Notes: generated by a model from the letters alone, not told the origin. A stretch of 40,000 nt of DNA from Firmicutes bacterium HGW-Firmicutes-7 (GCA_002841375.1 PGZO01000029.1:1-40000), one strand, 5' to 3'; positions 16,298-25,690 are shown, counted from the first letter of the stretch. Translations and numbers: made by a program.

Positions 16298-16380
16298 ACA
16301 TATGTTCCATACATGAACCTCACTAAATGCATTATTGTTAGGAAGTGACGGAAAATCGAGTTTATTTTTCGACACTACAA

Positions 16381-16421
16381 CTAGGCTGGGGGTTGAGGGT
16401 TCAAGTCCCTTCTCTTGTGTT
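16381..16421 (+). repeat. tRNA 3'-half-like att repeat, copy 1
   Basis: GAGGG-TTCAAGT-CCCTT forms a T-arm with a canonical T-loop, followed by a 7-nt acceptor-like strand. There is no cloverleaf 5' half upstream. It shares an exact 18-mer, agtcccttctcttgtgtt, with copy 2. Confidence 0.6.
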
Positions 16422-16538
16422 CAGTATTTAAAAGGCTTTTTAGCATATATTATATGGAAAGGTCAATCTTGTGTTGCATTCAATAGTATATAATAATTAA
16501 TACTATTAATTTTGCAGCATATCTTATATTGAGTAATT

Positions 16539-17429
16539 TTATACTTCTCTATCAAATATGTAAACTCTACAAAATTCATTTACTTTAATTTTCCCTATAT
16601 CATCAATATATTGATATGTTTTCTCAATACCTTCAAATACACGATCCAATCCAAGTTCTTTATCTAATGCTTTTTTATTATTGATAATATTATATACTCT
16701 AATCCACTTAGGTTTGATTCCAATAAATGATATTTTTATTTTGAAATCATTCACTTTACTTTTTACATTAGTATTATGTAGTATAACAATATAATCTTTA
16801 CCAAAATTTATACAATTATATTTATTATAGCTAATGTCAAATCCAAATTTTTCTCCCTTCACTAACCTTTTGTTTAGTGTAGGGATTATAAGATTTTTCT
16901 TTAGTCCTTCAGAACCTTGCATAATTGGAGTAATTGACTTTAATTTATTTGGATCGTTTAATATATCATAAGCCTTAAAATTACTATCTTTTAAAATAGA
17001 ACTGTTGTCAGAAATATTAACAACTGGAAGTCCTTCTACACTTTTATTCCCCACAAAAACCCCTTTATATATGTTACTATAATAAACATCATTACCTTTA
17101 ATTGTAATGTCTTTTTGTATATCTCCATATTTAAAACCAAATATAGTACGTTCAACCTTTAATCTATATATATTATATGCATCTATTCGAATACCTTCTA
17201 ATTCCAAATATTCTTGATCAGCATTTTTACAGTTTTTGTATATCAAAAAAACATAAATTACGGTAAATAGACCCAACATATAAAACACTACTGATTGAGT
17301 TAAATAATTAGTAAAAATAGATGTTTCTGCGATAAACTTATCATGAACGGCAAAAACATCTGCAACAAGACTCAGACATCCCACACAATAAAAAATTAAC
17401 TTTTTACCTCTTATCTGTAATTTATCCAT
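16539..17429 (-). CDS. orphan 2-TM membrane protein with unknown ~220-aa C-terminal domain
   Basis: 296 aa with two N-terminal hydrophobic helices (LIFYCVGCLSLVADVFAV, VVFYMLGLFTVIYVFLIY). No family recognised. It lies in an AT-rich islet between the att copies. Confidence 0.6.
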   Translation of the reverse strand: MDKLQIRGKKLIFYCVGCLSLVADVFAVHDKFIAETSIFTNYLTQSVVFYMLGLFTVIYVFLIYKNCKNADQEYLELEGIRIDAYNIYRLKVERTIFGFKYGDIQKDITIKGNDVYYSNIYKGVFVGNKSVEGLPVVNISDNSSILKDSNFKAYDILNDPNKLKSITPIMQGSEGLKKNLIIPTLNKRLVKGEKFGFDISYNKYNCINFGKDYIVILHNTNVKSKVNDFKIKISFIGIKPKWIRVYNIINNKKALDKELGLDRVFEGIEKTYQYIDDIGKIKVNEFCRVYIFDREV

Positions 17430-17511
17430 AAAATCCCTTTCTTAAATTATCAATACTTATAACTAGATATTTAATTACTTTTTTATTTTTTGATAAAAGA
17501 TACTTTCATTA

Positions 17512-17610
17512 TTATAATACTTTCTTATTACCTCCTTGTCCACCACCATCCCCGTCTCCTAATTGCAAGTAAATATAACAGTTGATGCATTTAATAATAT
17601 TATATTTCAT
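17512..17610 (-). CDS. possible 32-aa Cys/Gly-rich peptide
   Basis: Hand translation gives MKYNIIKCINCYIYLQLGDGDGGGQGGNKKVL. AAAGGATGA lies ~5 nt upstream. It is on the same strand as the 296-aa gene and upstream of it. Confidence 0.2.
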   Translation of the reverse strand: MKYNIIKCINCYIYLQLGDGDGGGQGGNKKVL

Positions 17611-17998
17611 GTAATCATCCTTTCTTATTCATTAAATATCTAGTCATAACTAGCACAATCATTAAAAACATTACAATTGATATGGTCTAACTTTAAAAGT
17701 ATAACATTGACTAGCATATTTATTATTTTAGTAGCTCTCACATCAAATGAAGTTTTTTCACCGAGGGCTAAGTTTGAATCTTATCATTATTTCGCATTTT
17801 TTCTCTCGTATATATCACTGGTTGTCAATACCCTCTCCAATTTTTATCTCTAAAAAAATTATAGTATACTTCCTTGCATTATACAAGTAAATTTTATAAT
17901 TTTAGATTAAAATTCCAATATATGCTGTATTCTAATTAACCTGAAATTGTAGATCCAAATCATATATTCTATTAAACTGGAAACGCCGAAGCTTTCCT

Positions 17999-18039
17999 CT
18001 ATAATTGGGGTCGAAGGTTCTAGTCCCTTCTCTTGTGTT
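17999..18039 (+). repeat. tRNA 3'-half-like att repeat, copy 2 (degenerate T-arm)
   Basis: By hand alignment, 33 of 41 positions are identical to copy 1, including the exact 18-mer at 18022..18039. A terminator follows. Confidence 0.6.
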
Positions 18040-18047
18040 AATCGATT

Positions 18048-18088
18048 AAGGACAGCATTTTGCAAGAAGATGCTGTCCTTTTATTTTA
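18048..18088 (+). terminator. rho-independent terminator
   Basis: The stem pairs aaggacagcat with atgctgtcctt and is followed by ttattttat. It sits 9 nt after att copy 2. Confidence 0.65.
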
Positions 18089-18135
18089 TACCTTTATTGA
18101 TTTTTCTTCGTTCTATGACCAAATACTGCTTCCAC

Positions 18136-18573
18136 TTATTTTATGCCAATCTCTATAGAATATTTAACAGAAGCTTTGTTTTTAGATTTTATAGAGAATT
18201 TCCAATGCTCGCCAGCTAAAAGCGAACCAAAATCTTCTGTAATTGTCTCTACTAGTTCATCTTCTTGATTATAGAAGTTAATTATTAGCACTACTGGGGA
18301 TATTTTTGATCGGCTAATGTTTCCCATATCCCCTATTACAAAAAGGAATCCTGAGCCATCTAAGTCACTGTTATGTTCGAATATTTTCAGTTTTCCTACT
18401 GCAGGTTCAGCGGTAATAATTTTGACTTCCTCCTGAGGCTGAAGGATTTCATCTTCCTTTTGTTCTTCAACCTTCTTATCTACATCTTCGCTAGGCTTAA
18501 GTGCATACATTATGATGATAATTATTGATAATAGGAAAAAACCTGTTAGAACCCCCAGTAAGTACTTCGCCAC
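18136..18573 (-). CDS. membrane-anchored protein with beta-rich ectodomain (FxLYD-like?)
   Basis: 145 aa with an N-terminal TM, an acidic linker and a beta-rich C-terminal domain. The family assignment is tentative. Confidence 0.5.
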   Translation of the reverse strand: MAKYLLGVLTGFFLLSIIIIIMYALKPSEDVDKKVEEQKEDEILQPQEEVKIITAEPAVGKLKIFEHNSDLDGSGFLFVIGDMGNISRSKISPVVLIINFYNQEDELVETITEDFGSLLAGEHWKFSIKSKNKASVKYSIEIGIK

Positions 18574-18630
18574 TTTGGCACCTCGTTTCTACATAGTACT
18601 AATATGATATTTTCCGCATTATTCTCCCTT

Positions 18631-19374
18631 TTATTCACAATAATAATCTTCATGGACAGTAACTGCTTGACTTCCCATATACTTCCAATAATTCGCAAAG
18701 TCCTTTCGATTATATTTAATATTCTTTCCAACTAATGGATCATTTACAATAACTTGGGTATCTGTATAACCAATGAGAACTAATGCATGTTCCGGTATCT
18801 TCCATATTACTTTATTGCCTCTTTCATCAATCCATGAAGCGTTTATGGATGGTTTTCTCATATTAATAGTAGCCCAAACAATGATTGGACGATTGCTATC
18901 AATCACTTTAAGCAAATCGTCAAAGCTACATCCCGTCAAATCATCTGCTGGCAAATATGTATTGATAATATTTGCAATAGGCTTATGAAAAACACCAAAC
19001 CCAGATTTTTTGTATGGGTCTCCAACAAACTCATAATCTGGGTTTCCACCTATTAATTTATCGCCACTTTGATACGGTAACTTACCTTTTGGAAGCGCAT
19101 CAGCTATATTTTCCATGGTAACATCCATACCAACCCACTGTAGTAACATAGCCGTAGCCGCAGCTTCACAGCCTGTAGGAAGTAAAGGATTCTGATAGAC
19201 CATTGGTACATCCTGAATAGGATTATTTAATGAAAAGTTGCTTACCCTCAACCTCATATCGCTAGGCGTTAAGCAACTAAGTAAATAGTAAATGATAGCA
19301 ATCCCTAAAAGAAGACGAACAAATTCGTCCTTATTAATTTTTCTCTTTGGAATGACAATAATAAGGTCCCTCAT
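18631..19374 (-). CDS. peptidase C39-like (YvpB/BtrH-like) cysteine peptidase, membrane-anchored
   Basis: QNPLLPTGCEAAATAMLLQW is a Cys-motif context, and EHALVLIGY supplies a His. An N-terminal TM is present. Confidence 0.7.
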   Translation of the reverse strand: MRDLIIVIPKRKINKDEFVRLLLGIAIIYYLLSCLTPSDMRLRVSNFSLNNPIQDVPMVYQNPLLPTGCEAAATAMLLQWVGMDVTMENIADALPKGKLPYQSGDKLIGGNPDYEFVGDPYKKSGFGVFHKPIANIINTYLPADDLTGCSFDDLLKVIDSNRPIIVWATINMRKPSINASWIDERGNKVIWKIPEHALVLIGYTDTQVIVNDPLVGKNIKYNRKDFANYWKYMGSQAVTVHEDYYCE

Positions 19375-19454
19375 TTCGGCTCCATTACTATTACATCTCT
19401 AAAAAATATATGCGTAGTAATTTTGTACCTATTCTCAATTATAAAGAACTTCAT

Positions 19455-19486
19455 ATAAAAAAGCGTTCTAAGAACGCTTTTTTATT
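19455..19486. terminator. bidirectional hairpin terminator
   Basis: aaaaaagcgttc-taa-gaacgctttttt, overlapping the hsp20 stop codon. Confidence 0.65.
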
Positions 19487-19925
19487 GAATTTCAATATTC
19501 CTAGCTGTTGATTGAATGACTTCAGCCTTTGGTAACCTTAATGTAAGAATGCCTTCTTCAAGCTTAGCATCAATTTCATCTGCTTTAACATTATCAAGCT
19601 TAAAGCTTCTTTTCATATTTACAGCTCTTCTTTCTTTCCTTACATAATTATCTTTTTCTTCATTCACTTCTTCTTTTCTTTCAACGAGTATGGTTAGTAC
19701 ATCACTTTCAATGCCTATGTTAATTTCATCCTTTTTAATGCCTGGTACCTCTGCGATAATTAAATAAGCATTTGGATCTTCTTTAATGTCAATATGCATG
19801 GACCCATACCTATTACTAAGATAAGGAAGAAAAGGTTCATCAAAAAAGCCATCAAAGAACTTGTCAATGTCCAAAAAATTGTTATTTGCTAGGTCGTTTC
19901 TTTTAATTGTCGATAATCCAAACAT
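19482..19925 (-). CDS. Hsp20/alpha-crystallin small heat-shock protein
   Basis: 147 aa. The alpha-crystallin domain reads DIKEDPNAYLIIAEVPGIKKDEINIGIESDVLTI...GILTLRLPK. Confidence 0.9.
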   Translation of the reverse strand: MFGLSTIKRNDLANNNFLDIDKFFDGFFDEPFLPYLSNRYGSMHIDIKEDPNAYLIIAEVPGIKKDEINIGIESDVLTILVERKEEVNEEKDNYVRKERRAVNMKRSFKLDNVKADEIDAKLEEGILTLRLPKAEVIQSTARNIEIQ

Positions 19926-20008
19926 AAATTACACCTCCAAAAATGAATTAATATTGTTATTTTCTATACTATATTTTTATCATAATTAAATGATGTTTTC
20001 AAATTCTG

Positions 20009-20035
20009 TTAGCACTCATTACAGGTGAGTGCTAA
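20009..20035. promoter_or_regulatory. CIRCE element (HrcA operator)
   Basis: TTAGCACTC-attacaggt-GAGTGCTAA is a perfect match to the CIRCE consensus, 84 nt upstream of the hsp20 start. Confidence 0.85.
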
Positions 20036-20194
20036 CAATTATTGGTAGTTATCCTCCTCTACCTTAAATTTTCACAAAAATGCTCACTTTCTCTTTATAT
20101 TTCTCGTGTTTTGATTAAGTTTAGCATTTATTAATGTATATCTTTTTTTCTCCTTGGTTAAACTATACTGAATATAATATAAGGAGGTATTTAA

Positions 20195-20422
20195 ATGAGT
20201 AAGCTCCCAGTAAATGAAATATTATCCATCAGTAAGCTTGTCCAAATGGAGACAAGTGCTTTAGCAGTTTCAAAAGCAGGCTTAAAAGCCATAACTGATG
20301 AAGAGTTAAGAACACAAGCAAAATCTGGCATCCATGCAGGTGAAGCAAGAATCAAAGGACTTCAACAGTTTATTGTAGATAACGATGTGATTTATCACGC
20401 AGAGGAGGGAACAACAATATGA
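20195..20422 (+). CDS. small protein co-transcribed with CotF-like gene
   Basis: 75 aa. AAGGAGG lies upstream, and there is a 4-nt overlap with the next gene. Confidence 0.5.
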   Translation: MSKLPVNEILSISKLVQMETSALAVSKAGLKAITDEELRTQAKSGIHAGEARIKGLQQFIVDNDVIYHAEEGTTI

Positions 20423-20745
20423 GTAATCCATATGATGGTGTTTACGGAATTGATGATGATAAGAATAATAGATCCGATGATTTTACAGTTAACGAAGCGA
20501 TAGCTCATAATACAATTGCATCAACTGCAGCATCTGCAAATGCCTATTTAATGGCTACACTTGAAGCCACCACCCCAGAAGTACGAAGAATACTAAACGA
20601 ATATACAACACAAAGCATCCAAGCAAATGCAACGATGACTGAACTTTCGGTCAAAAAGAATTGGATAAGCCCTAATAATTCGCCAGAAGATCTACTTAGA
20701 ACTTCCATCACTCAATCTCAAGTTGTCTTAGATTCATTATCATAA
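20419..20745 (+). CDS. Coat F domain-like (spore coat protein F family) protein
   Basis: 108 aa. ANAYLMATLEATTPEVRRILNEY...KKNW resembles the CotF-domain pattern. Confidence 0.5.
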   Translation: MSNPYDGVYGIDDDKNNRSDDFTVNEAIAHNTIASTAASANAYLMATLEATTPEVRRILNEYTTQSIQANATMTELSVKKNWISPNNSPEDLLRTSITQSQVVLDSLS

Positions 20746-20833
20746 CTACTTTCTACTTTATAAATTGTTTTAATATTAACAGTGCTAAGACTCAATAAGG
20801 TACGGTCGTATAGAGAATACGAAGGGTAAAAAT

Positions 20834-20880
20834 GAAAAGAGTAGGTGTTCGTCTTTGAACACCTACTCTTTTCATTTTAT
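20834..20880. terminator. bidirectional terminator between convergent genes
   Basis: A 17-bp stem pairs gaaaagagtaggtgttc with gaacacctactcttttc, with flanking A and T runs. Confidence 0.7.
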
Positions 20881-20884
20881 ATAT

Positions 20885-21874
20885 TTATCTTTCTTCTCTA
20901 AAATACGGAACACTTAATCCTTTTGGTGGAGAATTTTCTTTTGATTTTTTCATAGAACTAATGACTAAAACTATAATCGTAATAAGATATGGTAGCATAT
21001 CAAGTAGATTCTGTGAAATGTTCAAGTGCTGAAGTCTAAATCCTATAATACTTAGACCACCAAAAAGATAGGCACCAATAGTAGCTTTATAAGGATTCCA
21101 TTTGCAAAAAATAACTAAGGCGATTGCGATCCAACCACGTCCTGCAGTAATATTTTCTTGCCATTGCGGCACTTCAACTACTGCTAAATAAGCTCCACCT
21201 AGTCCACATAATGCTCCTCCAATAAGGATATGAACGTACTTATATAAATTAATATTGATACCTGAAGCGTCTGCCGCTGAAGGATTTTCACCAACCGCTC
21301 GAAGATTTAAGCCAGTTTTCGTATGAAATAAGTATATTCCAAGAACAATTGCCATTATATAACCAAAGTACACAAAAATATCCTGGACAAAAAAAACTTG
21401 TCCAATAACTGGAATTTTGCTTAATAATGGTATTTGAATTGGATCATAAAATGCTATAACATTCTCTGGCATTTTTTGACCTATGAAATTGGTCCCTAAA
21501 TAGCTTGATAGCCCCGTTCCAAAAATGGTTAATGCTAAACCTGAAACAACTTGATTTGCTCTAAGGGTAATCGTTAGAAACCCGTAAATAAGTGCTGCTA
21601 ATGCGCCTGCAATGACTGCCCCTATAATAGCCATTATAGGATTTTTTGTAATAAAGCCAGCGCCAAAACCTGCTACCGCACCTATTAACATCATCCCCTC
21701 GACCCCAAGGTTAAGATTGCCCGCTCTTTCTGTTATTAACTCACCTAAGGTTGCAAATAATAAAGGCGTTCCTGCTATAACTACAGCAACCAAAAAAGAT
21801 GTTCCCATAAAAATCTTAGCAAAAATCAATAAGAGGCATATAACAATAGTCCATAGTACGGAGGATTTTTTCAT
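20885..21874 (-). CDS. ABC transporter permease (BMP/nucleoside uptake family)
   Basis: 329 aa, polytopic. Last gene of the BMP lipoprotein-ATPase-permease-permease operon. Confidence 0.85.
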   Translation of the reverse strand: MKKSSVLWTIVICLLLIFAKIFMGTSFLVAVVIAGTPLLFATLGELITERAGNLNLGVEGMMLIGAVAGFGAGFITKNPIMAIIGAVIAGALAALIYGFLTITLRANQVVSGLALTIFGTGLSSYLGTNFIGQKMPENVIAFYDPIQIPLLSKIPVIGQVFFVQDIFVYFGYIMAIVLGIYLFHTKTGLNLRAVGENPSAADASGININLYKYVHILIGGALCGLGGAYLAVVEVPQWQENITAGRGWIAIALVIFCKWNPYKATIGAYLFGGLSIIGFRLQHLNISQNLLDMLPYLITIIVLVISSMKKSKENSPPKGLSVPYFREER

Positions 21875-22947
21875 TGTTTAACCTCCTTCACCAATTTATT
21901 GATCTGGTTTGTAAATACTATTTTGTATTGAACAAAAAATTCACTACCAATGACAAAAAACAAGATCATACTTTGAAGGACCTTGGCAGCAGATTGTGGA
22001 ATTTGATACGCGGTTTGAATAAAACTGCCCCCTTTAATCATTGCTGCAAAAAGTATAGAAACTGGCAATACTACAATTGACTTTAATCCTGAAAGCCATG
22101 TAGTAATAATTGCAGTATACCCATATCCGGCAGATAATTGAGACGTTAACGTTTGATTTACCGCAGAAGCCTCCATCATACCTACAATTCCACAAATTCC
22201 TCCACTTACAAAAAGTGATGTAATAATAATTTTTTTCACATTCATCCCAGCATATCGTGCCGTATCAACACTCTCACCAACTACAGTGATTTCATAGCCT
22301 CTTTTTGAACGATTCATGAAAATCGTTACAACAATTATTATTGCAATTGCAATAATCCAACCAGCATGAATACCAAATACTTTTGGTAAAATGGCATTAT
22401 CTGTAAAATTAGCGATTTTCGGAAACCCCATAGACTTTGGATCTCTCCATGGCCCATATTGTAAAAATGTAATCCATTTAATTGCTATATAGTTCATCAT
22501 TAACGTAATGATGGTTTCATTTGTGTCAAAGCGTACCTTTAAAACTGCTGGTATGAGTGCCCATAGGCCACCTCCGATAAATCCTCCCACAAACATAAGT
22601 GGTAATAATAATAATTTAGGAAGTTCTATAAAATTAAGAGCAATAAAGCTCGCCACAAAGGCGCCCATTAATATTTGCCCTTCAGCGCCAATATTCCAAA
22701 ATTTCATTTTAAAGGCAATTAAAATACCGATGGAGGTTACTATAAGCGGAATAGATATCGTAAGTGTATCTTTAATTCTATAAGCTGACCCAAAAGCGCC
22801 ATCAATCATGGATACGTATACGTCCAACGGATTATGACCTAATAATAAAATAAATATTGCCGAAACAAGCAGTGCCAATATTATCGCAGACGTTCTAATA
22901 AAAACCGCCTTCTTCGTTGTCATATCTGTTCTCTTTGTCATTCTCAT
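21871..22947 (-). CDS. ABC transporter permease (BMP/nucleoside uptake family)
   Basis: 358 aa, polytopic, with 4-nt overlaps with both neighbours. Confidence 0.85.
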   Translation of the reverse strand: MRMTKRTDMTTKKAVFIRTSAIILALLVSAIFILLLGHNPLDVYVSMIDGAFGSAYRIKDTLTISIPLIVTSIGILIAFKMKFWNIGAEGQILMGAFVASFIALNFIELPKLLLLPLMFVGGFIGGGLWALIPAVLKVRFDTNETIITLMMNYIAIKWITFLQYGPWRDPKSMGFPKIANFTDNAILPKVFGIHAGWIIAIAIIIVVTIFMNRSKRGYEITVVGESVDTARYAGMNVKKIIITSLFVSGGICGIVGMMEASAVNQTLTSQLSAGYGYTAIITTWLSGLKSIVVLPVSILFAAMIKGGSFIQTAYQIPQSAAKVLQSMILFFVIGSEFFVQYKIVFTNQINKLVKEVKQ

Positions 22948-24470
22948 ACGATATCCACCTCCACTGGTCCTTTTTCTCCAGCCATCATCAATCCAAGCTG
23001 TTCTTTTGTAACGTCACTCGAAGAGACAATTCCAGTGATTTCTCCATCACATAATACCATAATTCGATCACATAACTCTAATAGAACATCCAAATCTTCT
23101 CCAATAAATAATATTGCAACTTCTTTTTGTTTCTGTTCGTTAATTAAATCATATATTGTATGCGAAGCACCAATGTCTAATCCACGAACGGCATAAGCTG
23201 TTATTAACACATGGGGATTCGTTTCTATTTCTCGTCCAATTAGCACCTTTTGAATATTCCCACCAGATAGTTGTTTAACTGGATGATGAATACCTGGTGT
23301 TTTAATCTCGAGACGTTCGATCATCTCTTCACATTTTTTCATGATGGGCTTACGTTTAATGAAAAATCCTTTTTGATTATGATGTTCCTTTAAAAGGAAA
23401 TTATCAACCATATCCATAGATGCAACAAGACCCATGCCAAGGCGGTCTTCCGGAATAAAACTCATACTGATTCCCTTTTTAATAATATCACGAGGTGATT
23501 TTCCGACAAGATTCTCCTCTTCATAAAGAATTTCACCACTATCTATGGGGTATAAGCCTGCTATACTTTCACATAGCTCCTTTTGTCCACTACCTGCAAC
23601 ACCAGCAACACCCAATATTTCTCCAGCATATAAATTAAAGGTTAAGCCATTTAATACTTTAACCTGATCAATATCTGTTGCATTTAACTCTTTTATTTTT
23701 AGAACTGCAGGTCCTCTTTGAACATTTGGACGTTCAATGGATAAATCAACAGCTTTACCTACCATTAAATCCGTAAGCTCTTTTGGTGAAGTTTCTTTTG
23801 TGTTTAATGTTCCAACTGTCGTTCCTTTTCTAAGAACCGTTACTCTATCAGAAACCTCCATAACCTCATGAAGTTTATGTGTAATTATAATAATTGCACA
23901 CCCTTCCTTGGCCATGTTTTTAATTATTTTAAAGAGCTTCTTTGTCTCTTGAGGGGTAAGCACGGCTGTTGGCTCATCCATAATTAAAATGTCTGCACCT
24001 TGATACAATACCTTAAGAATTTCAACAGCTTGTTTCTCACCTATGGACATATCATAAATTTTTTTGTTTGGATCTACCGCTAGTCCAAATTGATTGGCAA
24101 TTTTTTTTATTTGTTCAGATAATTCCTTATCTTTCATAAAAAATTTGCCACTCTGTCCCATGATTACATTTTCTTTAGCTGTTTGAACTTCTACCAATTT
24201 ATAATGCTGATGAATCATACCAATTCCTTTTTGAATAGAATCCTTAGGTGAGTTTATTTTCACTTCATGCCCATGGATATAAATAGAACCGCTGTCAGGT
24301 TTATAAATACCTGACAGCATGTTCATTAATGTGCTTTTCCCTGCGCCATTTTCACCAAGCAACGCATGAATCTCACCTTTATTTACTTCAAAATTAATAT
24401 GATCATTTGCCTTAACTGTACCAAATATTTTGCTTATTTCTTCCATCTTTACAAAAACATTTTGATTCAT
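22944..24470 (-). CDS. ABC transporter ATP-binding protein, duplicated ATPase domains
   Basis: Walker A GENGAGKST, a signature-like LSIGEKQ / LSGGNIQK, and Walker B ILIMDEPT. It is 508 aa. Confidence 0.9.
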   Translation of the reverse strand: MNQNVFVKMEEISKIFGTVKANDHINFEVNKGEIHALLGENGAGKSTLMNMLSGIYKPDSGSIYIHGHEVKINSPKDSIQKGIGMIHQHYKLVEVQTAKENVIMGQSGKFFMKDKELSEQIKKIANQFGLAVDPNKKIYDMSIGEKQAVEILKVLYQGADILIMDEPTAVLTPQETKKLFKIIKNMAKEGCAIIIITHKLHEVMEVSDRVTVLRKGTTVGTLNTKETSPKELTDLMVGKAVDLSIERPNVQRGPAVLKIKELNATDIDQVKVLNGLTFNLYAGEILGVAGVAGSGQKELCESIAGLYPIDSGEILYEEENLVGKSPRDIIKKGISMSFIPEDRLGMGLVASMDMVDNFLLKEHHNQKGFFIKRKPIMKKCEEMIERLEIKTPGIHHPVKQLSGGNIQKVLIGREIETNPHVLITAYAVRGLDIGASHTIYDLINEQKQKEVAILFIGEDLDVLLELCDRIMVLCDGEITGIVSSSDVTKEQLGLMMAGEKGPVEVDIV

Positions 24471-24485
24471 TTGGCAAAACTCCTA

Positions 24486-25616
24486 TTATTGTTCTATTTT
24501 TCCTTCAACACCTTTAACAAACCAGTTGATGCTTAACATTTCTTCATCTGTCATTTTAACACCTTCTGCTACTTTTACTTCACCAGCTTGGTCGTAAAGT
24601 GGTCCTTCAAAAATATATTCTGAACCATCTAATATTTTTGCTGTTGCAGCATCTACAGCTTCTGCTGCACCTTCTGGCGCGTTTGCTGTAAGTGGTGCTA
24701 AACGAACAATGTCCTCAGCCATACCTTCCCAATAAGCATGAGAAGTAAACGTACCATCTATTACTGCTTGGGTTTGAGCTACGTAGTAAGGTCCCCAGTT
24801 CCAAATAGGTGCAGTCATATAAGCTTTAGGTGCCATCGTACTCATATCTGTATTATAACCAATTGAAAAAGCGCCTCTTTCTTCTGCCGCTTGTTGAGGT
24901 CCAGTTGTATCTTGATGTTGCGCAATAATATCAACACCACCATCTAATAATGCAATTGCAGCTTCCTTCTCTTTAGCAGGATCATACCATGTTGAAGTCC
25001 ATGTTACTTTAACAACAACATCCGGATTAACAGATTGTGCGCCTAAAGTAAATGCGTTGATTCCACGGACAACTTCTGGAATTGGGAATGCAGCAACATA
25101 TCCAATCTCATTTGTTTCAGTTTTTAGTCCAGCTACAATACCTGATAAATATCTTGCTTGATATATTCTACCAAAATAGTTTGCCATATTGTCTGTCGTT
25201 AGATACCCTGAACAATGGAAAAACGCTACTTCAGGATATTCTTTTGAAATTTTAGCAACATAGTCCATATATCCAAAGCTTGTTGCAAAAATAGCCGTTG
25301 CACCTTGGTCAATCATATTTCTAATTTCTTGTTCAACATCTTGAGTTTCTGGAACTGATTCTTTGTATATTGTTTTAACGCCCAATTGTTCCTCAAGGTA
25401 TAATCTTCCTTGATCATGTGCATAAGTATATCCACCATCTCCAATTGGTCCAACATAGATAAAGCCTACGATCATATCTTTTGCTGCTTCATTTACCTCT
25501 GGTGTTTCATTGTTTGGTGTTTCATTGTTTGGCACTTCTGTTTCTGGTGTTTTACCACATCCAGCTAATGCTACTACTAATGTAAGTGCTAATAATAACG
25601 AAATTAGTTTTTTCAT
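24486..25616 (-). CDS. BMP-family (Med/PnrA-like) substrate-binding lipoprotein
   Basis: Lipobox VALAGCG. The mature part matches the basic-membrane-protein family (VGFIYVGPIGDGGYTYAHD...). Confidence 0.9.
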   Translation of the reverse strand: MKKLISLLLALTLVVALAGCGKTPETEVPNNETPNNETPEVNEAAKDMIVGFIYVGPIGDGGYTYAHDQGRLYLEEQLGVKTIYKESVPETQDVEQEIRNMIDQGATAIFATSFGYMDYVAKISKEYPEVAFFHCSGYLTTDNMANYFGRIYQARYLSGIVAGLKTETNEIGYVAAFPIPEVVRGINAFTLGAQSVNPDVVVKVTWTSTWYDPAKEKEAAIALLDGGVDIIAQHQDTTGPQQAAEERGAFSIGYNTDMSTMAPKAYMTAPIWNWGPYYVAQTQAVIDGTFTSHAYWEGMAEDIVRLAPLTANAPEGAAEAVDAATAKILDGSEYIFEGPLYDQAGEVKVAEGVKMTDEEMLSINWFVKGVEGKIEQ

Positions 25617-25690
25617 TGTTTCCTCCTGAAATTTAAATGTTTTGGCTTTTTACTAGATCATCCTGAGTAAAGACCAAAGTTAATGGTTGT

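Noticed and set aside
16363-16384. Possible third, solo terminus of the MITE-like element (tttttcgacactacaac) next to att copy 1
   Set aside because: Only an 11-mer (gacactacaac) matches exactly, which is expected by chance in 40 kb. I note it only because of its position.
16350-16421. Intact tRNA gene at att copy 1 (and likewise at 17960..18039)
   Set aside because: Only the T-arm and 3' acceptor strand can be folded. No complementary 5' acceptor strand (ACAAGAG), D-arm or anticodon arm is present upstream. The 3' end also does not fit tmRNA (no ...CCACCA-type terminus).
16277-16527. 14-nt repeat gca[a/g]catatcttat at 16277 and 16514 as extra att or target-duplication sites
   Set aside because: A rough estimate shows that 14-mers with one mismatch are expected many times by chance in a 40-kb AT-rich window.
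18546-18988. ORFs 18546..18731 (-) and 18773..18988 (+)
   Set aside because: They overlap the C39-like peptidase and the 145-aa gene in other frames or on the other strand, and nothing supports them.
21612-22783. Plus-strand ORFs 21612..21881, 21874..22080 and 22508..22783
   Set aside because: They lie antisense to the ABC permease genes and are typical shadows of hydrophobic coding sequence.
25501-25530. 15-bp x2 duplication (ggtgtttcattgttt) in the BMP lipoprotein gene
   Set aside because: It is a real but trivial in-frame duplication (PNNET x2) in the flexible linker after the lipobox. It is not a separate feature of interest.
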